Counted from the stretch's first letter, positions 1 through 13,313 are shown. The stretch is DNA of 64,000 nucleotides from Phoronis australis (GCA_002633005.1 NMRA01000537.1:124001-188000), one strand, 5' to 3'. Numbers and translations are program-made. Notes: generated by a model from the sequence alone, not told the origin.

Positions 1-2228
1 ACGAGGCCGCCAGATCCGCTGTTTCTCACGAATAAGAATTTCGTGTAAGGTACATTCCTCCCAGCTGAAGTTGTCCTTGTACTGCTACGATTGTAGGCCG
101 ATCACGTGACGTCTTTGCCATTCTACAGAGTCATTCTCACAAAACAGGATCCAAACTCTTGCAAATCATTTTTTTAGAAACAGGAATTTCAAATTTTGCA
201 TATTGTCAGTTTTATGTTTTGAGCAAAAACTGACGTTGAAGGTTTTTTGATGCTCATGTTTTCGCAACGTCCCTGCGGTTTTCCCGACGCTCGTTGAATT
301 TAATTCAAGGAAGCACGTGGAGCGGTGATTTGTTTTTAAGTATGGCCTGGTGGAGCTGACTACACAGTCTAATTACCGGAAAAGTCTTGAAACTATAAAG
401 GCAATCACTTTTACAGTATATGGCCTGGAAATGCCCCNCAATTTGATGCGCCTTTACAAATTGAAAAACATTCTATTGATTATAACTGCCGAGCGCAAAA
501 TCGACTCACTGCCGAAAAAAACTTGATAACCAGCGATTAACTATCTTCTCGCAGCACGCGCTATGGTATTTGTTCGTAATAAAATTTTCAAGTTCATGCA
601 GAGTTTTAGGACCCTCGATCAAGGAAAAACATATTGGGAAAGTATGAGGCCCGTTTCGGAGAAAATCACCCTGTTGCGACATCAAACCCAGCGCAACACT
701 TCGTCTTAATAATGGTAACCAGCATAAGGTATTTAGGCCATAGACCTAATTCACGCGACGGACATTAAAATCCAAAGCGCGGCTCACTGCGATAAACAAA
801 GCGGAAGATGACATAGCATGAGTTAAATGGCCGGTCTTTCGAGTCCAAGCTGGATATTAAATCTTCAAAATGTGTCGATAATTAACCACAGAGACGTAGA
901 AAAATACATTATAGAACAAATCAATGCACCAAAGAGTTGTCTGACGATAGGGTATAAGTTTTTTTTCGGAAAACAAGGTTCGAGACATGAAAAGTAAATG
1001 TGACCAAATTGCGGCGATCGCAGTGTTACGGATTGGGTATCATGCTGAATGCAGGGTTACGTTTCTTCTTGTAAATTGTTGATAAAAATGCTTTCTACAC
1101 GAACCAGGCCATCTGCTCGTACTGTTGACGAGTTGAAGATATATTCGACAGTGGTGACTCATCGCATTTTTCTGCCATGTGTAATTAGTCTCGTCTGGTT
1201 GAATTTGTTGATAAAGAATATTAACATCAAGCATATAGCCTAGGTTGTGGTGAGGTAGGGGCTACCGGGACAAACAGTTGGTTTGTCATTGATCTGAAAG
1301 GATAATTGATGTTATTAAATATATTTTTTATTAAAATAAAAAACCAGGCTCGTATTTGAAAATCAAAATTATTTGACCATCAATTCTGCTTTCTTGGTTT
1401 TAATAATTCTTACGTCTATTTCATGTGTTACGTTTCGAATATCTTCTGGACCAAGTTGAATTTTAAAATTAAAACACCTAATTCGTTCGTCCAAAGCATA
1501 ACCTCGTTTTAGAGCTCAGTTTCAGTTAACTGGACACAGCAAGCATAGTTATCATGTTTCCTCATGGGCCTCGCTCATCCGAGGGGAAAGGTGTCTGTGC
1601 CTTCTGAGAGGGAGAATTTTTTCGCCGAGTGAGGGGAAAAATCTACATGTACCTCCCGATCACCATCAATAGCACCCCCGCCCTGTTGCAAGCTCTCATA
1701 GGTTCTGTCTCAAGTAGCATTTTTTGTTCTTTCAAATTGTCACCTGTGTGGTTACAGGTGATTTTAACTCCAGAGATAATTTTTTAATCACTATGGGAAT
1801 TTTTAGGCCTCGTGGGGGAATTTCCGCATGTCGCGTGGTTTTTCAAATAATTTTGAGAGGGGAATAGGGCCGATATTCGGCTCCAAAATAGAGGGATTGA
1901 GGGCCCTGTCCTGTTTGGAAAGAAAAATGCATCGTGTTTCAACTCGTAGTCATGAAAACATAGCCTGGCTGCGACCGAAGATTCTCCGGTCGTAATTGCT
2001 ATGAAGCTCAGCAAACGAGATGCGACAATTAAAATATGATCTAACTTTCCGAAAACATTTATGAATTTTACACCATATTTCCCTTCGTCGTGAGTATGGC
2101 AACGACCCAACGCTTACGAATCTCAACCTCCTTAGGGATTGTACAACAGACAGCTGAGAGTGCGTATTTTTTCAGCCGTTCAATCAACGTGGAATACACT
2201 GTGCCGATAAGCCAACAGAGCTATCATA

Positions 2229-3444
2229 TTTTTTTCACTGTGACATATATTTATTGAAGGATACACAGAACATACAAAGAAATAATAACAAACCCAGAAA
2301 CCGCGAAGCATTATATCTGGGTTGTAAACAATTCATAAATGAAACTTATATACATAGAGGTATATACAATTAAGTAGTATCTAAAATAAGTATTCCAATA
2401 CTTAGACATGCTATTACAGATATACAAAAACAAAAATATGTACAGATTCATGTAGGGAAATCAGATGCAACAATATTGATAAACGATACATAAAAATTTG
2501 CTAACGTTGCTTAGGAGGAATTCGTTGAGAACAAAGTCAAGGTTAGGACTACCATTCAGTAATAATGTAACTCTAGTAGGGATATTATTACAAGAATTGA
2601 GAGCGTTAACAATTGATTTGTTATCATTGAGTGCACGAAAGAGTGAGTCTCTCAGGGATTCGATGAGGGGACATTTGAAGAAAATATGAGGATAAGATTG
2701 ATGGTCACCACATTTACAGTTTGGAGAGACATTACTAAAGTTGTGCCTGAACTTGTCAGAGTTGAGGAAAAGGCCACATCTTGATCTGTACAATGCTATT
2801 TCGTTATCGCGGGTAAGCGAGAATTGAGTCAAGGGTGTTGAGTTATCAAAATTATGAAAAACAGTTCTAAAATTATTTTTTATACTCGTAAAAGAGTTGC
2901 TTTCCTTAACAGAGACTGGAAGAGAATTCCAGTTGTTGATGCACATCATGACTGTAGACCTTCTGAATAACTGACTGAACGAAGGAGGAATTGCATATGG
3001 GGTGGAGGATCTCAAATCACTACGATGGCCTTGTCTAGTATATAGATCAAATATTTTTTTGACAGACACATTATTGACATTGCTTATTACCTTGAAAGTA
3101 AATGTGGTCATGTGAAGATTGCGTCGAGTAGACAGTTTGGGCCACTTGAGACTATTCAAAATCTTAACACTATTGGATCCCCTGTAAGCTCCGGTTATGA
3201 GTAAGGCGGCTTGATATTGTAACTTCTCCAAATGTTGGAGTGCACCCGTATTGGCAGACTGATATATAATATCACAATAATCAATGTGTGGAAGTACAAA
3301 GGATTTGAACAAAACTTCTAAATGTGTAGAATTCAGATGGCGGGAGACAAGCTTAAGTGGGTTAATTAGTTCCTGAGTTTTTTGTACGAGCTCCCGAACG
3401 TGAGGGGTGAATGAGAGTTTTTCATCTAACAGTATACCCAGATA
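2229..3444 (-). mobile_element. 5'-truncated non-LTR retrotransposon (CR1/L2-group LINE), 3' end of ORF2 plus 3' UTR
   Basis: Frame is open from 3444 (YLGILLDEKLSFTPHV) through FKSFVLPHIDYCDIIY, LEKLQYQAALLITGA and LKWPKLSTRR to a C-terminal CKCG..HIFFKC motif and stop at 2461. AATAAA on the - strand at 2250-2255, short T run at 2229, ~10-bp TSD agctatcata (2219-2228) / agatatcata (3440-3449). Confidence 0.9.
2461..3444 (-). pseudogene. LINE ORF2 C-terminal fragment (RT thumb region and Cys/His motif)
   Basis: ORF track 2461..3312, extended in frame to 3444 without stops. It lacks the endonuclease and the catalytic YADD core. Confidence 0.85.
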
Positions 3445-4008
3445 TCATAGCGAGCCTCGTTTTGGAACGGGCCTCCTGACGGCGTGAATTAGATCTATAC
3501 AAGCTGTCAACAGTTCTCCACAAAATCTTTGATGTCAAATAGTAAGTTTTAGAAAAGGAATATCCATGTCAACAATTTTTTGAAACGGAATATTAGTCCA
3601 TGTCAACAGGATGGCCGTTTTTAGATTTGCCATGAGAATAGTTCAAAACACCCACTCAGTGGAGCAAGATTTTGCTAACTATATGCTGCAGCAACGGTGG
3701 CCCAAAGACGACATCGCGCGTTTCGTTTTTAATCATCTCGGGATTTCGAGTTCTAATAGTCCTTGGAGGTAAATCAAATCCGCATTTAAACAGGCCTTCC
3801 AACTGTTTTTACCTCTGTTGCGTGCATTTTGGATGTTCAAACAAGCTAAACATTGTTGAATTGGATCCGCAATATGCTGTTTGGGTTAACTTTCTACTGG
3901 AAAGAACACAAAACCACTTCTACATTCTTCTCAAAAGTTACTGAAGAAGAATTAAGATTCTGTTCACAGCACAAGAAGGCGTGACCAACATCCAAGCAAG
4001 TACTAGAA

Positions 4009-4250
4009 GAGGCAGTGTGGCCTAGTAAGTTGCATGTTCGCCTCCTGTTTTCATAGTCGTGGATTCAACTCTCTCAGGACTTCACTGCTAGACCCTTGAG
4101 TCACACCTCTACACCATCAACTCGGTCTGAATTTGTGTTGATGTCCATGTGTGTAATACGTAATTAGTAATAAACGAAAAATGGTTTCAGGTGCTTGGTG
4201 CAATTTACGCCTGTCTGAGCGGCCTGTGCCCGTCTGATGAAACGTGAAAC
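4009..4250 (+). mobile_element. Degenerate tRNA-derived SINE
   Basis: GGCAGTGTGGCCTAGT (A-box-like), GTGGATTCAAC (B-box-like), then CACTG..CCCTTGAG typical of invertebrate SINE bodies. The 3' boundary is approximate. Confidence 0.5.
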
Positions 4251-4379
4251 AGGTCACCTGTACTATGTTTTGTTCATGAAAGTGTTGGTAGTGTATATAC
4301 AAGGACATTGTCTTACTGGGTGACAAAACAAGCGTGGTTCCACTCATTAGTTGTCAATTGGGCATGGAATCTTATATAT

Positions 4380-5974
4380 AGACCTAATTCACTCGGCGGA
4401 CATTAAAATTCAAAGCGAGGCTCACTGCGACAAACAAGCGGAAATTTACATTGCGTGAGTTGAATGGCCGGTCCATAGACATCACCATGACATAAGAAGT
4501 CTATGGGCCGGTCTTTCGAGTCTAACTTGGATATTAAATCTTAAAAATGTGTCGATAATTAATCACAGAGACGTAGAAAAATACATTAGAGAACAAGTCA
4601 ATGCACCAAAGAGTTGTCTGGTGAAAGGGTATAAGTTTTTTTTTTCGGAAAACTATGTTCGAAAAGTGAAAAGTAAATATGACCAAACTGCGGCGATCGT
4701 CACGGTAGTGTTACGGATTAGGTATTATGCTGAATGCAGGTACGTTTCTTCTTGTAAATTGTTGATAAAAATGCTTTCTACACGAACCAGATAATCTGCT
4801 TGTATTTTTGACGAGTTGAAGATACATTCGACAGTTTCTCATCGCATTTTGCTGCCATGTGCAATTAGTCACATCTGGTTTAATTTTGTTGATCAAAAGT
4901 ATTAACCTCAAGCATATAGCCTATGTCCTGGTGAGGTAGGGACTACCGGGACTAACATGTGATTTGTCATTGATCTGAAAGAATAACTGATGTTATTAAA
5001 TATATTTTTATTAAAATAAAAACAGGCTCGTAATTGAAATTAAAAAAATATTTGACCATCTATAAATTTTGAAAATAAAAAATAGAAATCGAGTACAGCC
5101 TCAGAAATCGCTTTTGCGTTATATCCAGGTTCTCATTCACTCCCTTGCACACATTCACAAGTATTTGACCATCAATTCTGCTTTTTTGGTTTTAATAATT
5201 CTATTACGTCTATTTTATGTGTTAGGTTTCAAATATCAATCTGGACCAAGTTGAATTTTAAAATTAAAACACCCAACTCATTCGTCGAAAGCATAACCTT
5301 GCTTTTGAGCTCAATTTCAGTTAACTGAACAGAGCAAGCACAGTTATCATGTTTCTTCAGGGGCCTCGTTCATCCGAGGAAAGGTGCTTGTGTGTCTTCG
5401 TGACAGGGGCATTTTTTCGCCGAGTGAGGAGAAAAATCTACCTCCCGATCATCATCAATAACACACCCGCCCTGTGCTCTTTCAAATTGTCACCTGTGTG
5501 GATACAGGTGATTTGAACTTCGGAGAGAAATTTTCAATCACTAGGGGAATTTTTAGGGTTTTGGGGGGGAATTTCGGGGGATTTTTCAATATTTTGAGAG
5601 GGGAATAGGGCCGATATTCGGCCCCAAAATCGAGGGATTGAGGGTCCTGTCTTTTTTGGAAAGAAACGTGTATCATCTTTCAACCCGTTGTGTTGAAAAC
5701 ACAGCCTGGCTGACCGAAGATTCTCCGGTCGTTGCTATGATCTAACTTTCCGAAAACATTTATGAATTTTACACGGACATATTTTCCTTCGTCGCGCGTA
5801 TGCCAACGACCCAACGCTTCCGAATCTCAACATCTTCAGGGTTTGTGAAACAGACAGTTGAGTGTCCGTATTTTTTGTAGCCGTTCGAGCAGCGACGAAT
5901 ACAACCAGCAGAGTATGCCGATAAGCCAACAGAGATATCGTAGCGAGCCTCGTTTTGGAACGCGCCTCATGTCT
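4380..5974 (+). mobile_element. Non-autonomous TIR DNA transposon, copy 2 (same family as 742-3496)
   Basis: Starts AT|AGACCTAATTCAC and ends GTCT|AT with the right TIR mostly deleted. Colinear with copy 1, and shows the empty site for the LINE (agagatatcgtagcgagcc, 5931-5949). Confidence 0.75.
4474..4505. mobile_element. 32-bp micro TIR element with 8-bp TSD
   Basis: GGCCGGTC|CATAGAC-atcaccatgacataagaa-GTCTATG|GGCCGGTC. Copy 1 has a single GGCCGGTC at the matching position (829-836). Confidence 0.85.
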
Positions 5975-7264
5975 ATATTCGTACGCACACAAGTCAGGAT
6001 ATCTTGTGATAAAGTCTGGAAAGACTGCTCAGATCGAGTCGCGTGGTGTCGCTACGCACGATTGAAATACGTGTTTTGGCAACTTCTGCTCTCAAGCGCA
6101 GAAGTCGATATTAAACGCACGTTATGACAAACGCAAACGTGACCCAGTCTTTCAATGACATTTCACCCTCGCGACGTAGTGCGAGCCGGTCCGAGAGCAA
6201 AGTTAAACTATGCGGGGGATGTGCTGGCGCGGCTACCGCCCCACCTAGCGGCACGCAGGGAACCAGCGAGAAAACTTAACTGACTTGAGCTATCTCAAAC
6301 ATGCAGTGTGAGCTCAAGGCATAAATTTATCTCATTTCCTTGTTGCTTGAATGATTCCTACTTCATTAGCGTTTGACTGTGGTCTTGTGTCGTGAGAGCA
6401 CACCGTGAGTCTTGCTTGCTTTCCATTTACCAGTTTGACTCGGTCACAAAAAGGCCTTTCATTACTCTATTTGCCAACAACGAATGTCAAGATGCCTGAA
6501 TTTACTACAAAAATGAACATGTAAAAATCCGTGAGAAAATTAATGTCCATTTTCTACAAAATGCAAATAACAAAGAGAGCTTGATTCGGCCACCAGAAAA
6601 ATAGAATCGCTGAAGAAGCGTGGGTTTAATTCTATAACAAATCACGACTGTATTCCAGAACAAACTGATGAATATTTACCGTAAATTAATTGTTCGAGTG
6701 ACATCGCTCGCAGCCACGTTTCCACGCGCATAATCAACAACTTATCAGCTGCCGCTCAGCTTGACGCTTAATATGGCGTCATGCAGCGACGTGCACGTTG
6801 CTCATGCACTGAACTTGTTCAAATTTATAGCTTGTCACTAGCTCCTGTGTGGTGAGATAAAGCGAGACCAAAGTTATTGGACGCAGGTGCTTGGTTGATT
6901 ACGGCATTCTCTGGTTAAACGTTTTGGCTATTACAGTGAAAAATGGCTGAATCACCTTGGTAAATTTGTTGAGAACGAAAGTTGTGTACTCACTCGGATG
7001 AAAAACCTTCTGGCTACAGTAAGTGAATCTGTAAAAGAACAAGGACGCCCCTTGTGTATAGGAACAGTTTAGCCAAGAGAACTTCGAAACTCGCTTATAT
7101 GAAGGTGGAAAGTTGATGAAACTCACATTTTCAACGTTCAAAATTGTTGCCCGAGGTTTGCATTTTTAGGCACGGGGAAAAGAGCACGCATCGATAATAT
7201 ATGATAAAGCGGAGTTAGGAATTATCAGAAGCTAACTTTTTGATACCGAGAACTCTCAAGAGCA

Positions 7265-8225
7265 ATGCATTCTGTAGATGAGATGTCCTTTAGTGAAGTC
7301 GTTGCCGCTCTCCGGAACCGCACTTGCAACGAACAAAGAAAAATTGTGTTTCGACACAAGAAAATCATAAATCTCGGTTTTTCACGTAGACAAAGCGCTA
7401 CCCATATGAACGCAGACGAAAGCGATCATGACGACGATAGTGAAAGTGAGCATCACAGAGAACGCTTTAACAAAAAGCAAATTGCGATTGGGAAGTATTT
7501 CGATGGAAATGCTAACAGTGACATGTCGACAAAGCGGAAAGGCCGACATCATGACGACATGGTTGATAATATTTCATTTCAAGTGAATGACCGCGGTACG
7601 CGGGTTTTCGAAGGGAGTAGCCGATACGATAACAGGCCAAACAAAACATCTAGTCAGCCTGTGAACAGTTTGCCGCGTAGAAATTTTACGTCATCAGTTA
7701 GGGACGAGTGTTTGAGGAAAAGAAATAGCGAAGCTTGCAGTATGCCAGAATTCGAAAACAATCTTGTAGTAGAAACAAAGAAAGTGATGAGATTGAAAAA
7801 ATACAGACCATCGCTACAATACAGAAAACGGGTAAGAAAGAAAAAGAAGAAAAATGACTACGATGATGATACGGAAAGATTAAAAACTGGCCACCAACAC
7901 CAAAACGTGAAGGTAGTCGTGACCGATAGGACAAAAACGAAAATATTAGAAAACAATGTACACATCTGTGAGGGTGAAAGCAACGCCATAAATTGTGAGA
8001 TAAGTTGCAGTGAAAAGGATGGTGGTGTTTTGTCTTCAATCAGCAATTGTTGTCGACCACTCAAGCGAAGTGACAAGGATGACCTGGCGAATGACACTAC
8101 ACATGGAAATCAGTTTCACGGTACACGTGACACGGATGATAAATACAATGATGTTAATGATGATGACGATGATTATGATGGTGACGACGACGACGACGAT
8201 GATGATGGTAATGATGGAGATGATG

Positions 8226-8271
<46 letters not shown>

Positions 8272-8556
8272 NNNNNNNNNNNNNNNNNNNNNNNNNNNNN
8301 NNNNNNNNNNNNNNNNNNNNNNNNNNNNNNNNNNNNNNNNNNNNNNNNNNNNNNNNNNNNNNNNNNNNNNNNNNNNNNNNNNNNNNNNNNNNNNNNNNNN
8401 NNNNNNNNNNNNNNNNNNNNNNNNNNNNNNNNNNNNNNNNNNNNNNNNNNNNNNNNNNNNNNNNNNNNNNNNNNNNNNNNNNNNNNNNNNNNNNNNNNNN
8501 NNNNNNNNNNNNNNNNNNNNNNNNTGATGAAGACGGCAATATTACTGATGATGATG

Positions 8557-8591
<35 letters not shown>

Positions 8592-10781
8592 GGCGGCGAC
8601 GATGGCATTGTTGATGATGAGGTGGATGAAAATCTAGGTGATAACAGTCGTGGTAAGAAAATTGGTTATGACACAGACGACGATGATGACAATCTTGTTG
8701 GTAATGATGATGATCATCATCATGACAATAATGATGATGGTGACAATAATCATGATGATGACAATGATTATGATAATGTTAAAGGTGGAAAAAGTCAGGT
8801 CAACAGTACTGGTTATGGTGAAGATGACGACGAGGGCAACTTTAATGATGATGATGACGATGATGGTGATGACGATGATGGTGATGACGACGACGACAAT
8901 TTTGTTGATAATGATGATAAAAATAAGGATAACGACAATGACTATGATAAAGACGACTACGACAATGGTAACGATAGACATAGTAACATGGTGCATTACG
9001 TTGAAGACATGGCTTGTGTGAATAATGACACGGATGATAACATACATTGTAACACCAGTGATTGTGAAGGAGACGATGTCGACACCGATGAAAAAAATTA
9101 CGATAATGATAATGGTAAAGGTGACGGCAAATACATGTATATTAAAGGCAAAGATGGCGATGAGGATAACGGTGGTGATTATGACGATGTTGGTGATGAT
9201 TACGACGATATTGGTGATGGTTATGACGATGTTGAAGGTGATGACACGCACTGTAACATCAATGGTGACGTTGAAAATGACAACGACGATGACAATGGTT
9301 ATGATGACATGGGAGATAACATTGACGTGAGAAACGGCAGTATTAGTAATTTTGTTTATGACGACTGTAACGTTGATGATACTAACAATAACGTTGACGG
9401 AGGCAATGATTATGAGGCTGGTGAACTAAAGAGCTGCGTTGAACCCAATCTGGTCTTAGAAGAGGGTGTGACTAGGATTTCTGGAAATGAATCAGAGCTG
9501 GAATCGCTGCCTTCGCTCGATATTGTGTACTTGGAAGACGAAACGAATTTGAAAGTAGCCAGAAGTGCGAGTGAAATTTCTGAAGAAGAATGTAACGCCG
9601 AAAATTCATTGAACAAAGACAAATTACCAATCAGCACGCAGAAAGCTGACTCGTTTGATCAGCCAGGTGTCAATTACTACGGTTGGGAAACAGCAGACAA
9701 AAAGTGGTGTTCAACCATTAGAAAAACTTGCAGCAATGTAAGTGGCGAAAAGACGCGCGCCCTCGTAACTGAGGAAGGTGTGACTTCCATCTCAACTGAA
9801 CAGTCAATGGAAGAATACAAAATGTGGGCAGATTATGATGCAATGCTAAAGAAAATGGTTGAAACATCTTCTAGCGATGATTCCTCATCAAGCGAAAGCA
9901 GTTTTTCGATCAAAACTTCGCGACCATTACCAGACCGATCATCTGAGAGCAGGCAGTCCGTTAACAGTGGAGATGACCTTGACCTTGAACAGGTACTCTG
10001 CCATGCTTGCGGGATTGTTTACCCCAATAAGCGAAAAATGGATGAACATAGTGTAAGTGGGAAGTGCATAGGAGAAAAAATAACACATCGTCCTGTGGAA
10101 AATAACTCTGTCACAGTGCGAGCTACTAGGAGAAAGAAACATTCTGCTGTAACGCCTGCTAAAGAAGACATTATAGCAGACGATAAGAAGCTGCAAAATT
10201 TGCTAAGTTGTGACGTGTGTAATAAGACATGTATCACAAAGGGCGCGCTGAAAAATCACGAGAAAACTCACTATAAAAAGCAGACGTTTAAATGCACCAA
10301 GTGTGATTACTCAGGAAAAACAGCATCGGCCTTAAGACTTCACGCGAAGTCTCATTCAAATAAGCGACCTTTTAAATGCAAGATTTGCAAATCTGCCTTC
10401 AAACGCAAAGGTCATCTCCTTAGTCATATCGACACCCATCAGAAACTGTACAGATGTAGACGATGCAAGAAAGCTTTTGCCCGTAAAGAGTGGTATGTCA
10501 TTCACCTTCGATCTCATTCAGGTAAAAGACCGTTTAAGTGTAAAAAGTGTAAAAAGGCGTTCGCCTGCAACGAGTACTTGCGCAAACATCAACTAGTGCA
10601 TACGGAGAAACGACCGTACGTCTGCTCCGAATGTTCCAAAGGTTTTAAGTCGCGCGACGAACTCAGTAGACACGAGTTCGCAGTACATTGTACCAGAAAG
10701 TACACTTACAGCTGTAAAAAGTGTGGGAAAATATGTCGTTCTAAAAGAAGCTTAAATATTCATTTGTCTGTTTCCTGTTGA
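7265..10781 (+). CDS. C2H2 zinc-finger protein with basic N-terminal region, very long Asp-rich tract and C-terminal finger array (spans an assembly gap)
   Basis: ORF 7265 runs into (GAT)n and the gap. The frame after the gap continues poly-D/poly-H into six canonical C2H2 fingers with SGKRPFKC/TEKRPYVC linkers, a terminal CKKC..HLSVSC finger and an upstream degenerate finger. RKRVRKKKKK is NLS-like. The frame offset is attributable to the estimated gap length. Confidence 0.85.
8272..8524. other. Assembly gap (253 N) inside a (GAT)n coding microsatellite
   Basis: N run flanked by GAT repeats on both sides. Confidence 0.98.
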
Positions 10782-11224
10782 TATTTTTTAAGTAAACATT
10801 TCAACGTTCACTCTGCAGGGCAAATTATGAATAGGAAAAGTTAAGGTGCCCATGATAACGCGGGATTTGATGTTTGCTTTCTATGAAGTATCAACAGTTT
10901 ATTTCTATATTATGCCAGGAATGATGTGCAAAGTTCAAAGTTCAAAACACTTTTTCTTAGAATGTACTCTGACACCACTGGGTGAACGACGGGCTGATAC
11001 AGTACGGAGAATTGAAACTCCACTTGTTGCCGACTGGAAATCATATAATTATGTTCTAAGTGCTCAAACAAGAATAGCACATTATTCATTTCTCACACTC
11101 GATGAACCATTTACGACTTTGCGTAGTACCTTAGTTGTACTCCGCATTTGTTTCTAAGACATTGTGTGCACTAATTATAGTTTTTATTTATCTTAATTGT
11201 TGTAAACTTGTGGTATGTAATTAT

Positions 11225-12055
11225 GTACATGCATTCATACGTACATTCGTAAGTACATACCTACATGCATTTCTACATACATACATACATTCATACATTC
11301 ATACAAACATACCTACATGCATACATTCATACATACATACATACATTCATACATTCATTCAAACATACATACATTCATACATTCATTCAAACATACATAC
11401 ATGCATACATTCATACATAAATACATACATACATTCCTACATTCATACAAACATACATACATTCATACATTCTTACAAACATACATACATTCATACATTC
11501 ATACAAACATACATACATGCATTCATTCATACATTCATACAAACATACATACATTCATAAATACATACATACATACATACATTCATACAAACATACATAC
11601 ATTCATACATTCATACATACATGCATACATTCATACAAACATACATACATGCATTCATTCATACATTCATACAAACATACATCCATTCATACATCCATAC
11701 AAACATACATACATTCATACATTCATAAATACATACATACACACATTCATACATTCATACAAACATACATACATGCATACATTGATACAAACATACATCC
11801 ATTCATACATCCATACAAACATACATACATTCATGCATTCATAAATACATACATACATACATACATTCATACATTCATACAAACATACATACATGCATAC
11901 ATTCATACAAACATACATACATGCATACATTCATACATTCTTACAAACATACATACATTCATACATTCATACAAACATACATACATTCATACATTCATAC
12001 AAACATACATTCATTCATACATTCATACAGGCATACATATATACATGCATACATT
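11225..12055. repeat. Compound tetranucleotide microsatellite (ACAT/ATTC/AAAC)
   Basis: ~830 bp of atac/attc/aaac units. The overlapping His/Ile/Thr ORFs are artefacts. Confidence 0.95.
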
Positions 12056-13313
12056 TGTTTTGAAATTATGTTAGACTGCAGTTCTTCAAATGTATACTAC
12101 ATGTATTTAAGAAAAGAAATAAAATGAGTCATCAGTGAGTAGTTAGACATCATAGCAAAGGTCATGACATAACAAACCTTTCACAGCATAGCAATAAGGT
12201 ACTTGGCATAACAGGTGATCAAACAGAGACTACATCATAAGGGCAATAGCCAGCCAGTGGACACAGCAGGGAAGAAAGTGTCTTACCCAGAAGCCTGTAA
12301 ATTGGTGGTTATGAACAGGCTTCTCCATCAAATTAATGACTTAAGTAATAACAATCTTTGTTGATCTTTCTCTATGTATCAATAGTGTTGTCCTCAATTT
12401 CCGTGACGCTCTTCCATGATGCACAGATTCAAAGTGGTATTTGATAGCGCCATTTTGTAAGTGATAGGACAACCTGCGCGAAATGGAATACACAGTCTGG
12501 CCATCGTAACGCTGTCTATGCGTAGAATGAAGACATTTATTCTTAAGGCATATTAAAAACTCGAAGTAAACAACAGAATACATGTACACTCTGCTACCGT
12601 ATCGGGCAAATGGCCAAACGACAAGCTTTTGCCCCACTTCCGATGACGTCACAGTTAAGTCTTACATAATCTCGCGTTATTGTTATAAACTCGCAAAAGG
12701 ACTATTGGTAGACAACGCCGCATTCGCTTAAATGTTAATTTATTTTACAAAAGCGGCTCTGACTCATTTTAGTATAACCGGCTCTAAGCTAATTTATCAC
12801 TCTCCTGACCTACTTCCCTTTGACGATCTTTTGCTCACATCAGTTGTCACTCTCGCCTATCTTCATTTACACATATTAAATCTCATTTTTATTCAAAAAC
12901 CTCCCACACTTTAATCTTGCATATTTTTTCTCTCATAATCTGTGGCAGCCTGCTCTCTATATCCCTCCATCCATCCTTCCCTCCCTCTCCTGCCCTCNTC
13001 TCGTCCCCCCACCCTCCCTTCTCTCTCCCTCCTCCCCCTCTCTCTCTAAGCTTCTCCCCCTCTCTCTCCATTGTCCTAATATCTGACCTTATATTCTCAC
13101 CCAAATCATTGTTTCACTGTAAACTAGCTTTGGGACCGCGTATACCCTTTCAGGGTATCAGAGTAGCACATACGTACATAAATTTATTTGCGTACATACA
13201 TACATACATACATACAAACATCCCTACACGCATACATGTATATATACATAGTCTCACCGGGCGCTTAAATCGTAAATTTCAATATGTTGGGGCTAATCGC
13301 TTAATGGACGCTT

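Larger units (their letters stand above)
742..3496 (+). mobile_element. Non-autonomous TIR DNA transposon, copy 1 (ISL2EU/PIF-Harbinger-like), interrupted by a LINE
   Basis: Termini AGACCTAATTCACGC (742) and GCGTGAATTAGATCT (3496) are inverted repeats with 1 mismatch, flanked by AT on both sides. The body is colinear with 4380-5974. A decayed coding remnant near 870-1020 corresponds to KGYKFF..ENYVRKV in copy 2. Confidence 0.75.

Noticed and set aside
4009-4090. tRNA gene
   Set aside because: Only degenerate A/B boxes and no cloverleaf; better explained as a SINE head.
6773-7260. Possible upstream coding exon or ZAD-like domain for the zinc-finger gene
   Set aside because: The frames I translated contain stops and I found no convincing Cys pattern or compatible splice sites.
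8036-9330. Poly-Ile/Met/His ORFs in other frames and on the - strand over the acidic tract
   Set aside because: They are shadow frames of the GAT/GAC repeat; only the Asp frame connects to the zinc fingers.
11135-12127. Long His/Thr/Ile/Tyr-rich ORFs
   Set aside because: They are translations of the ACAT/ATTC microsatellite, with no splice or domain support.
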